This document shows positions 17,889-26,254 of a stretch of 51,818 nucleotides of DNA, in pieces; position 1 is the stretch's first letter; each line of letters opens with the position of its first letter. Source of the stretch: Chloroflexota bacterium (lineage in GTDB: Bacteria; Chloroflexota; Chloroflexia; Thermomicrobiales; CFX8); contig QEUZ01000001.1 of assembly GCA_003577355.1 (NCBI GenBank), forward strand, positions 1 through 51,818, in the 5' to 3' direction. Under the pieces are notes generated by a model. That model saw only the letters and a list, made by a program, of their open reading frames with translations, did not search any database and was not told where the DNA came from. A program made the position numbers and the translations under genes.

Positions 17889-20864
17889 ATGTCCGGTACC
17901 TCGACGCTGGCCAATCCAGGTCCCCGAACCAACCTGTTCGGACGCGATGCTGAGCTGGAGCAACTGCGTTCGGCCCTGCCTGAAGCCAATCTCGAACATG
18001 GCCGCCTCGTGCTGGTTGGCGGAGAAGCCGGAATCGGCAAATCGGCGCTGGTGGAGGCGTTCACGGCCGAGGCACGGCAGCGCGGCGCGGTCGTGCTAAC
18101 TGGGGCGTGCTACGACCTGGCCTCGGCGCCACCCTACGGCCCGTGGCTGGAAATCTCACGCGATTGGTCACTCGGCGCTGGCCGCCCGCCGCTGCCAGCC
18201 TTCATTACCGACCCACATGCATTGGAGGAGCTGGCTGGCACTGATGCGCTGCTGGAGGAGATCGCCGATTTCCTTGCGCGCGCCGCGCGCTATGCGCCGC
18301 TCGTGCTGGTGTTGGAAGACCTGCACTGGGCGGACTCGGCGAGCCTGGAGCTGTTGCGCTTCCTGGCGCGCCGGCTGGCGACCTTGCCGGTCATCATCGT
18401 CGCGACCTATCGCGATGTCGACCTGACGCCGAGCGACCCGCTCTATCGACTGCTGCCGCAACTGGTGCGGGAGTCGCGCGCCGTCCGGGTGATGCCTCGA
18501 CGATTGTCATCACGAGACGTCGAGCAGCTTGTCCACAGCCGGTACGCGTTGCGCGCTGACGACGAGGCGCGCTTAGTCGCCTGGCTCGACCGTTTCGCCG
18601 AGGGCAACCCGTTCTATATCGAGGAACTGCTCTACACGCTGGAGCACGACCGCGTGCTGCGCTCCGACCGCGAGGCCTGGGAACTGGGCGACCTGACGAC
18701 AGTGCGTGTGCCTGCGTTGGTCCGCCAAGTCATCGACGAACGCCTCGCCTGGCTGGGCGCAGACGCGCTGCAACTTGTGCAAGTAGCTGCGGTCATCGGG
18801 GCCGAGGTCCCGGTCGACTTATGGGGCGCCGTTACCGGCGCAGATGATGAAGCGCTGGCCCACGCAATCGAGGCCGCGCAACGGGCCTGGCTGCTTGAAG
18901 AAGCGCGTGGCAGGGATGCGTTCCGTTTCCGGCATGCCCTGATCCGTGAGGCGCTGTACAACAGTTTCGTGTTGCCGCGCAGGCGCGCCTGGCATCGCCG
19001 GGTGGCCGAAGCGCTCAGTGCCAACCCGAACCCCAACGCCGATGCCGTGGCACACCATTTTCAGCAAGCTGGCGACCCGCGAGCGGTGCTCTGGCTGGTG
19101 AAGGCTGGGGAACGGGCAACCCGTAACTATGCCTGGAGGATAGCGGTCGACCGGCTGCAAGCGGCGCTCGACCTGCTCGGCCAAGGGCCAGAAGAAGACC
19201 TGAAGCGGGCGCTGCTGCTGTACTACACCGGCATGCTGGCGCGGCGCTCCGACCCTCCGGACGCGGTGCGGCGTATGGAAGAAGCGCTACGCTTGGCCCG
19301 TTCCCTCGGCCTGCCGCGCCTGGTTGGCCTGACGACAGCCGACCTGGGGCTTGTGCACTGTATCGTTGGGCGCATTGCCGACGGGATCGACGAGCTCACC
19401 GAGGGTGTGCGGCTGCTGGACGAAGCCGGCGTCTGGACCGACCCCAGCGGCCTCGCCATCCCGGAGCCGGCGGCCGCGTTTGCGATGCCGTCGTTGTTGC
19501 CGGACCTTCGCTCGCGAGCGGCGCCGCTGGTCACGTGGCTGGCGGTGGCAGGGCGGCTGCAGGAAGCGGTCGAGGTTGGCCAGGCATTTGTCGCGCGCAT
19601 CCCGGATCATTCGCGGCAGGTGCGGTACCAGGATTTCTATGTGGCCTACATCGGCCTGGGTAACGCACTGATGATGCTTGGGCGACCAGAAGAAGCGCGT
19701 GCCGCACTGGACGCAGCACGCGCTGGGCATGTCGATGTAGCTCAAATGCCCTGGACGTATTTCCTGACGGAGATCGCCTACGTATCAATCTATCGGCTCG
19801 ACCATGCAAACGAACGCAACGCGCTGAACCAGCTGTTGCAAGAGATTTGGGAGCGCAGCACTGGCGCCACCGCGCGCTTGGCGCGCGGCCAAAGCCCCGC
19901 TGGCTCGGTCCGCTTGCAGTTCCTGCTTGGCAACTGGGATGTTGTAGATGACTGGGCGCGTTCTACTGGCGTCCGCGTCGGGCCTGGTGTCGGGCGGTTG
20001 TCTGGGTTGCGGCTGACCGCGGCAATCCGGTTCCACCGTGGGGCATTCGAGCAGGCCTGGGAGACGATCGAAGAGGCGCAACGGACATTCGACCTCCAGC
20101 GTTTCGGCAACAATTGGCTGGTGACTGTTACCGGGATCCAGGAAATCGCCGCCGAGCTGGCGTTGGAGCAGGGTGATCTCGTGCGCGCGGCGCACTGGAT
20201 CGACTTGCACTGGAGCTGGATCGAGCAGAGCGGCACGGTCATCCGGCGCGCCGAGCATGCCATGCTGCTAGCCCGCCATGCGGAGCTGCGCGGCGACATG
20301 GCCGAGGCGCGGCGACAGGCTGCGGTTGCGCTGGAGCGCGCGGCGAACCCCCGCCAACCGCTGGCGGTCTTGCGTGCCCAGCGCTTGGCTGCCCGCTATG
20401 CGGCTGGTTCCGGTCAACTCGAAGAGGCGGTTGCCCGCTTGGCGGTGGCACTCGACCTGTCCGTCGCCTGTGCCGTGCCGTTTGAACGGGCGTTGACGCA
20501 GGTTGCGCTCGCTGAATGCGCACTGCGCAAGCGCGACATGCAGCAGTTCCATGAGCGGGTCACCGATGCGCGTAGCGTCGCAGTGCACCTACGGGCCGAG
20601 CCGCTCCTGGCGCAGATCGCGGCGTTAGAGCGGCAGGCAGATGCGCCGCAGCGCACATGGAGTGGGACGCCTGCCGGGTTGTCTGAACGGGAATTGGATG
20701 TCCTACGCCTTGTCGCGCGCGGCATGACCGATGCAGAGGTGGCTGCTGCGCTATTTATCAGCCCGCGCACAGTGAGCGGTCACCTGCAATCGATCTACAA
20801 CAAACTCGGAATATCGTCGCGCACGGCTGCGACTGCCTTCGCCTACGAACGTGGGCTGGTCTGA
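17889..20864 (+). CDS. Large ATP-binding LuxR-family transcriptional regulator (P-loop NTPase + TPR-like repeats + C-terminal LuxR HTH)
   Basis: Walker A LVGGEAGIGKSALVEAF, Walker B LVLVLEDLHWAD, long helical repeat region, C-terminal LSERELDVLRLVARGMTDAEVAAALFISPRTVSGHLQSIYNKLGI. The track ORF starts at TTG 17880. ATG 17889 is preferred, but the two are not distinguishable from sequence. Confidence 0.9.
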   Translation: MSGTSTLANPGPRTNLFGRDAELEQLRSALPEANLEHGRLVLVGGEAGIGKSALVEAFTAEARQRGAVVLTGACYDLASAPPYGPWLEISRDWSLGAGRPPLPAFITDPHALEELAGTDALLEEIADFLARAARYAPLVLVLEDLHWADSASLELLRFLARRLATLPVIIVATYRDVDLTPSDPLYRLLPQLVRESRAVRVMPRRLSSRDVEQLVHSRYALRADDEARLVAWLDRFAEGNPFYIEELLYTLEHDRVLRSDREAWELGDLTTVRVPALVRQVIDERLAWLGADALQLVQVAAVIGAEVPVDLWGAVTGADDEALAHAIEAAQRAWLLEEARGRDAFRFRHALIREALYNSFVLPRRRAWHRRVAEALSANPNPNADAVAHHFQQAGDPRAVLWLVKAGERATRNYAWRIAVDRLQAALDLLGQGPEEDLKRALLLYYTGMLARRSDPPDAVRRMEEALRLARSLGLPRLVGLTTADLGLVHCIVGRIADGIDELTEGVRLLDEAGVWTDPSGLAIPEPAAAFAMPSLLPDLRSRAAPLVTWLAVAGRLQEAVEVGQAFVARIPDHSRQVRYQDFYVAYIGLGNALMMLGRPEEARAALDAARAGHVDVAQMPWTYFLTEIAYVSIYRLDHANERNALNQLLQEIWERSTGATARLARGQSPAGSVRLQFLLGNWDVVDDWARSTGVRVGPGVGRLSGLRLTAAIRFHRGAFEQAWETIEEAQRTFDLQRFGNNWLVTVTGIQEIAAELALEQGDLVRAAHWIDLHWSWIEQSGTVIRRAEHAMLLARHAELRGDMAEARRQAAVALERAANPRQPLAVLRAQRLAARYAAGSGQLEEAVARLAVALDLSVACAVPFERALTQVALAECALRKRDMQQFHERVTDARSVAVHLRAEPLLAQIAALERQADAPQRTWSGTPAGLSERELDVLRLVARGMTDAEVAAALFISPRTVSGHLQSIYNKLGISSRTAATAFAYERGLV

Positions 20865-20894
20865 CCCCCGCTCACTGCTCTGGGAGTGCGGGTG

Positions 20895-21338
20895 ATGGTG
20901 GCGCTGCTGGATTGGCTCATCCGCTACGGGCATGTAGCTTCGGCGGCGGTATGGACTGGCGGGTACGCACTCTTGGCAGTTCTGCTGTACCCGCTGCTCA
21001 GGCGGGAGGATCGCCAGGTTATCGCGCGCATCGCTGAGCCGATCGCCCGTATGCTGAGCTACGCCGGGACGGCGACGTTCGCCTTCGGTCTATTGCTGAT
21101 CTGGCGCACGCGCGGTTACGGGAACTTGCTCTCCGGCGAATGGGGCATGCTGGTGCTGGGGTCGGTCGCACTTGGCACATTCGTGCTCGGCCTGAACGAC
21201 AGCGCGTTGCGACCGCGGTTGCGCAGGATGGCTAACGGAGGAACAGGTAATGCGGCGCAACGACTGACCCTTGTCGCCCTAGCAGCGTTGCTCGTTGCCA
21301 TTGGTTGCATGACCCGCGCAGTGTACGCCGTCGCTTGA
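20895..21338 (+). CDS. Integral membrane protein (about 4 TMS), unknown function
   Basis: Track ORF. Four hydrophobic segments. Starts about 30 nt after the LuxR-family stop, with GGGAG upstream. Confidence 0.6.
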   Translation: MVALLDWLIRYGHVASAAVWTGGYALLAVLLYPLLRREDRQVIARIAEPIARMLSYAGTATFAFGLLLIWRTRGYGNLLSGEWGMLVLGSVALGTFVLGLNDSALRPRLRRMANGGTGNAAQRLTLVALAALLVAIGCMTRAVYAVA

Positions 21339-21526
21339 CCCCACAGGAACCACTCCGCCTACGCAGCCGCCAGCGGTCGGTAGGTAATTCTGACCACCGC
21401 CAGCATATTGGCTGAAACCTTCGGAACAGGCAATCTCCACGATGTGCCGTTTTCTGGGACACCCTACGATGCTGGTGTCGTGTCAATGGGGCGCGACAAA
21501 GCAGTATCACCAAGGAGGGTGATCAG

Positions 21527-21664
21527 ATGGTTGTCGAGACAAGCTACGGTCCAGTCTGGGTCAGCGAAACGGCTCCGTACTTCCGCGATTACCTCGGGAA
21601 GCAGCTGTACAAGCAACGTTTCGCTGGGAAGCGCCGCAACGCCGCGTCGCCATCAGCCAACTAA
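21527..21664 (+). CDS. Small ORF (45 aa) not in the track: MVVETSYGPVWVSETAPYFRDYLGKQLYKQRFAGKRRNAASPSAN
   Basis: AAGGAGG lies 6 nt upstream of the ATG. Local GC drop. TAA stop, followed 17 nt later by a perfect 14-bp hairpin. The competing reading (N-terminal extension of the aminotransferase ORF) is Ser/Arg-rich and implausible. Confidence 0.4.
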   Translation: MVVETSYGPVWVSETAPYFRDYLGKQLYKQRFAGKRRNAASPSAN

Positions 21665-21681
21665 CACCATCGTAACCGCAA

Positions 21682-21724
21682 GCGTCAGGGAGCGATCGCA
21701 CAGCACGGGGTCGCTCCCTGACGC
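21682..21724 (+). terminator. Perfect 14-bp stem-loop after the small ORF (no U-tract)
   Basis: GCGTCAGGGAGCGA-15 nt loop-TCGCTCCCTGACGC. Ends 34 nt before the aminotransferase start. Confidence 0.35.
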
Positions 21725-21758
21725 TATGCGACGCTCGGTCCTCGAAGGGGCTGCACCC

Positions 21759-22964
21759 ATGTTGACCGCGACCCCGCCACACCGTTCCGAAGTGTTGGCC
21801 GAAGCCATGCGGCTGCCATTCCAGTTCCTCAGCGACTCTGTGTGGGCGCGGCGGCACACAGAGCCGGGTATCGTCGACCTGACGTTCGGCAACCCGCACG
21901 AGATGCCGTTGCCGGGGTTGGTCGATGCGCTACGCGACTGGGCGACGCCGCTCACCAAGGACTGGTTTGCGTACAAGATGAGCGAGCGCTACGCGCGCGA
22001 GGCCGTCGCCGAGTCATTGCAGGCCGCAACGGCGATACCGTTCGACCCAGCCGACATCGCGATGACGAACGGCGGGTTCGCCGCGCTTGCGGTCGCGTTG
22101 AAAGCGTTGACCGAACCTGGCGACGAGGTGATCTTCGCGCTGCCGCCCTGGTTCTTCTACCGTGTGTTGATTGCCGAGGCGGGGCTGCGCGCCGTGCCTG
22201 TGCCGGTGCAGGCCACTGACTTCGACTTGGACATCGCCGCGTTGGAAGCGGCGATCACACCGCGCACGCGCGTCGTCCTGGTTAACACGCCGCACAACCC
22301 AACCGGCCGGATCTACCCGGCGCCGACGCTGCGCCGGCTTGCCGATGTGTTGCAGTCTGCATCGCAGGCATATGGCAGGCCGATCTACCTGCTCTCGGAC
22401 GAGGCCTACCGGCGGTTGGTCTTCGACGGCAAGCAGATGGTGACGCCAGCAGCGTTCTATCCTCACGCACTGATCGCCTACAGCTATGGCAAGACGCTGC
22501 TGGCCCCCGGGCAGCGCATTGGCTACCTGGCGGTGTCGCCGCAGATTGCCGAGCGCGAGCAATTGCGCGAGCGCATCTTCGCCACGCAGATTGCGACGGG
22601 GTGGATGTTCCCCAACGCACTGTTGCAACATGCCTTGCCCGACCTTGAGCAGCTCTCGATCAGCGTGCCGCACCTGCAGCGCAAGCGTGATCGTCTGCTC
22701 ACCGAGCTGCGTGCAATCGGTTATCAGGTGCATCAGCCGGAGGGCGCCTTCTACCTGTTGCCGAAATCTCCCTGTGCGGATGATGCAGCGTTTGCCGACC
22801 TGCTTGCCGCGCAGGACATCCTCGTGTTGCCGGGAAACGTGTTTGAAATGCCAGGTTATTTCCGCATCTCACTCACCGCGAACGATGCAACGATCGAGCG
22901 CAGCCTGGCTGGCTTCGCGACAGCCTGGGAAACAGCGCAAACGGTGTGCCGTTCTGGTCGTTGA
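21759..22964 (+). CDS. Class I/II pyridoxal-phosphate-dependent aminotransferase
   Basis: Start set at ATG 21759 (MLTATPPHRSEVL...) with GAAGGGG 8 nt upstream. Fold-type I aminotransferase pattern (..NTPHNPTGRIY.., ..YSYGKTL.., ..FRISL..). The length then matches the family (about 400 aa). Confidence 0.88.
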   Translation: MLTATPPHRSEVLAEAMRLPFQFLSDSVWARRHTEPGIVDLTFGNPHEMPLPGLVDALRDWATPLTKDWFAYKMSERYAREAVAESLQAATAIPFDPADIAMTNGGFAALAVALKALTEPGDEVIFALPPWFFYRVLIAEAGLRAVPVPVQATDFDLDIAALEAAITPRTRVVLVNTPHNPTGRIYPAPTLRRLADVLQSASQAYGRPIYLLSDEAYRRLVFDGKQMVTPAAFYPHALIAYSYGKTLLAPGQRIGYLAVSPQIAEREQLRERIFATQIATGWMFPNALLQHALPDLEQLSISVPHLQRKRDRLLTELRAIGYQVHQPEGAFYLLPKSPCADDAAFADLLAAQDILVLPGNVFEMPGYFRISLTANDATIERSLAGFATAWETAQTVCRSGR

Positions 22965-23065
22965 TGACCGCAAACCCTTGCCCCCGACGTGACAAGCAAT
23001 CCATCGGCGTCTCGTGGCGCCTGACTGGGCGTCGCTGCGAGTAGCGCAAGTACAGGAGAACGGCA

Positions 23066-24349
23066 ATGGCAACGCTGCCCAAGACGCCGGCAATGCAACC
23101 GGCACGTACGCTACTGACCCTCGTGCCGCCGGCGCCCCGTGTGGTGCGCGATATAACTGCATCGAACGTTTCAGCCGGGTTGACCGCAGTACTGTTCTAC
23201 ACCTTCGGCGCTGTGCCGGTTTTTCTTGGGGTGACGGCCACGATGCCGCTGACGGCGGCCGAGGTCTCGAGCTGGTATTTCATCGCGTTTCTCACCAGCG
23301 GCGTGGCGACCATCGCGCTCTCGTTGCGCTACCGGCAGCCGTTGGCGATCGGCTTTACACTCCCGGGGTTGGTGCTGTTGAGCGCGGCGTCCGCGCACTA
23401 TAGCCTGGCGCAGATGATGGGCGCCTGCCTGCTGGCCGGGCTGGCCATCCTGGGCCTTGCGGCGTTCGGACTCGTCGAACGGCTGATGCGCGCGCTGCCC
23501 TTGCCGTTGGTGCTGGGTATGTTTGTGGGCAGCACCCTGCACTACCTCACTGGCGTCTTTACGCAGTTCGATGCATCTCCTGGCGTCGTTGGGGCCGCGC
23601 TCGCTGGCTATCTGACGGCGCTAACGCTGCGGCGCACCTGGCTTCCACCGGTTGCCGGGGCAGTTGTCGTGGGGATCGCTGCGGCGGCGATGAGCGGTGG
23701 GTTGCGGTTCGACCAGCTCCGTTGGGGTACGCCCGAGGTGCATGTGATCGCGCCAGCGTTCGACTTTGCCGCGGTGCTGACCCTGACGCTGCCGCTGGTG
23801 ATACTGGTGGTGGCCTCCGGCAACGTGCAAGGGCTCGGCGTGCTGGCAGGGCAAGGCTATGTACCGCCGGTGCGCGCGACAACCTACGTCGTTGGGCTTG
23901 CGTCGATTGTCAACAGCATCTTCGGAAGTCAGAGCGCAACGGTCCAGAATGTGGGGACGGGTATTCTGGCGGGAGAGGAAGCCGGTGAACGCGACCGTCG
24001 CTATGTGGCGACGGTTGTCGCGGGTCTGGGGTGCGTTGTCCTGGCCTGTGCAGCGACCTTCGCCGGTGGATTGGTTGGCGTACTCCCCGCTGGCCTGGTG
24101 GCGGCCTTTGCCGGGCTTGCCGTGCTGCGCACGCTCCTCGACACAACGCAGAAGGCGCTGACCACCGATCTCCCGACCGGCGCATTCGTCGCACTAGCGA
24201 TCGCCGCGTCGCCCCTGTCGATGTTCGGCATTGGGCCAGCACTGTGGGCGCTGGTGGGTGGCTACGCAGTCTCGTTCGTCGTGGAACGCACGGCGTTGCG
24301 GGCCAGCGCTCGCTGCCTGCCCTGTGAAGCGGCACAGGCGAGTAGGTAA
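23066..24349 (+). CDS. BenE/YdcO-family (benzoate:H+ symporter-like) membrane transporter
   Basis: About 12 hydrophobic segments. N-terminal ..SAGLTAVLFYTFGAVPV.. and central ..PLVILVVASGNVQGLGVLAGQGY.. resemble BenE family blocks. AGGAGAA RBS. Confidence 0.7.
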   Translation: MATLPKTPAMQPARTLLTLVPPAPRVVRDITASNVSAGLTAVLFYTFGAVPVFLGVTATMPLTAAEVSSWYFIAFLTSGVATIALSLRYRQPLAIGFTLPGLVLLSAASAHYSLAQMMGACLLAGLAILGLAAFGLVERLMRALPLPLVLGMFVGSTLHYLTGVFTQFDASPGVVGAALAGYLTALTLRRTWLPPVAGAVVVGIAAAAMSGGLRFDQLRWGTPEVHVIAPAFDFAAVLTLTLPLVILVVASGNVQGLGVLAGQGYVPPVRATTYVVGLASIVNSIFGSQSATVQNVGTGILAGEEAGERDRRYVATVVAGLGCVVLACAATFAGGLVGVLPAGLVAAFAGLAVLRTLLDTTQKALTTDLPTGAFVALAIAASPLSMFGIGPALWALVGGYAVSFVVERTALRASARCLPCEAAQASR

Positions 24350-24576
24350 TTTTCTCCCCCTCAGTACGCAGATTTGTCGGTGTGGAGATCAGGCAATCCA
24401 TACGATGCCTGAACCACCCACCGGGCGTAGTCTGTCAACGTCACGATGGCGTGACGAGCAGGAGGTAGATGCGGCGAAGCATCACGATTGCTGGGTCACG
24501 CCGTCCTGGTTGTCTCAGTGGCGGACGGAAATTGACGCAATGTGGCGTCAGGATCGATGCGGATTGGAGACCCAGC

Positions 24577-26241
24577 ATGGCCGAGTTGCCGGTGATTCTT
24601 GCGGTCGATGACGACCCAACTGTCCTCGCAGCCGTCTTCCGTGACTTGCAAGCGCGATATGGCGGGCGCTACCGCGTGTTGCGTGCCGAGTCCGGTGAGG
24701 TGGCGCTGGCGACCCTCAAGCAGCTCAACGTGCGTAACGCCCCGGTCGCCCTGCTGGTTGTCGACCAGCGCATGCCCGGCTTGACCGGTGTCGAGCTGCT
24801 GGCGGAGGCGGTCGCGCTCTATCCTGATGTGAAGCGCGTCCTGCTGACAGCTTACGCCGACACCACGGTGGCGATACGCGCAATCAACGATATCGGGCTC
24901 GACCACTACCTGCTCAAGCCGTGGGACCCGCCGGAAGAGCATCTCTACCCAGTGCTGGATGACCTGCTGGAGCAGTGGTCAGCGACGTACTTCCCTCCCT
25001 TTGAAGGCATTCGGATCATCGGGCACCGCTGGTCGCCACAGACGTTCCAGCTCAAGGATTTTCTTGCCCGCAATCTGGCGCCTTACCAATGGCTGGACAT
25101 TGAGAACAGCGCCGAGGCGCGCACATTGCTCGAACATACCGGCGTCGATCCACAGCAGCTGCCGGTCGTGATCCTGCCAGGGGGCGCTGTCATGGTCCAA
25201 CCCGGCCAAGCCGAGCTGGCCGAGCGCATCGGGCTGGACACGTCGGCATCCCTGCCGTTCTACGACTTGATCATCGTCGGGGCCGGTCCGGCTGGGCTGG
25301 CAGCGGCGGTCTACGGCGCGTCCGAGGGGTTGCGCACGCTGATCGTCGAGCGCAACGGGCCTGGCGGCCAGGCGAGCATGAGCTCGCGGATCGAGAACTA
25401 TCTCGGGTTCCCCGCCGGACTGAGCGGCGCTGACTTGGCACGGCGCGCCGTCGCGCAAGCCAAGCGCCTGGGGGCTGAGATCATGACTGGCGAAGTCGTC
25501 GGCGTCCGTCAGGATGGCCAGTATCGCATCGTGACATTGGCCGATGGGTCCGAAGTAAGCTGCCACGCTCTGCTGATCACTGCCGGAGTGAGCTACCGCC
25601 GGCTCGATGCCCCCGGCATCGAGCGGCTCACCGGCGCCGGCGTCTACTATGGCGGCGCGCTCTCCGAAGCCATCGCGACGCGCGGTGAACCGGTTTTCAT
25701 CGTCGGGGGCGGCAACTCCGCCGGACAAGCGGCGGTGCACTTTGCCAACTACGCGAGCTGCGTCACGATCGTGGTGCGCGGCGATGACCTGGGCAAGGCC
25801 GGTATGTCGCAGTACCTGATCGACCGCATCGAGCAGACGCCAAACATCCGTGTTTGGAAGAACGCCAGCGTTGTTGAGGCCTTGGGCGAGAGCCACTTGG
25901 AAGGGCTACGCATTGCCGACTCGGCAACTGGGCAAACGCACACCGTGCAGGCCTCGGCCTTGTTCATCTTCATCGGGGCCAAGCCGTACACCGAATGGGT
26001 TGCCGACCTGCTGGCGCACGATGAGGCGGGGTATCTGTTGACCGGGCCGGACCTGCCGTCGAGCCGCAACGGAGTGGCCCAGTGGCCGCTGCGCCGCCCT
26101 CCGTTCCTGTTGGAGACGAACGTTCCGGGCATCTTCACCGCTGGTGACATTCGCCACCGTTCGATCAAACGCATCGCGTCCGCAACGGGCGAGGGTGCGA
26201 TGGCGGTCTCGTTCGTCCATCAGTACTTGAGCACGTTGTAG
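24577..26241 (+). CDS. Fused response-regulator receiver / thioredoxin-reductase-like FAD-dependent oxidoreductase (no CxxC)
   Basis: Receiver motifs ILAVDDDP, LLVVDQRMPGLTG, LLTAYAD, YLLKPW. FAD motif IIVGAGPAGLAAAVYG, NAD(P)H motif VGGGNSAGQAA, C-terminal GIFTAGD. Start set at ATG 24577 (GGAGA 6 nt upstream). The track start at 24469 has AGGAGG only 3 nt upstream. Confidence 0.9.
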   Translation: MAELPVILAVDDDPTVLAAVFRDLQARYGGRYRVLRAESGEVALATLKQLNVRNAPVALLVVDQRMPGLTGVELLAEAVALYPDVKRVLLTAYADTTVAIRAINDIGLDHYLLKPWDPPEEHLYPVLDDLLEQWSATYFPPFEGIRIIGHRWSPQTFQLKDFLARNLAPYQWLDIENSAEARTLLEHTGVDPQQLPVVILPGGAVMVQPGQAELAERIGLDTSASLPFYDLIIVGAGPAGLAAAVYGASEGLRTLIVERNGPGGQASMSSRIENYLGFPAGLSGADLARRAVAQAKRLGAEIMTGEVVGVRQDGQYRIVTLADGSEVSCHALLITAGVSYRRLDAPGIERLTGAGVYYGGALSEAIATRGEPVFIVGGGNSAGQAAVHFANYASCVTIVVRGDDLGKAGMSQYLIDRIEQTPNIRVWKNASVVEALGESHLEGLRIADSATGQTHTVQASALFIFIGAKPYTEWVADLLAHDEAGYLLTGPDLPSSRNGVAQWPLRRPPFLLETNVPGIFTAGDIRHRSIKRIASATGEGAMAVSFVHQYLSTL

Positions 26242-26254
26242 TCTGGAGCGCATT

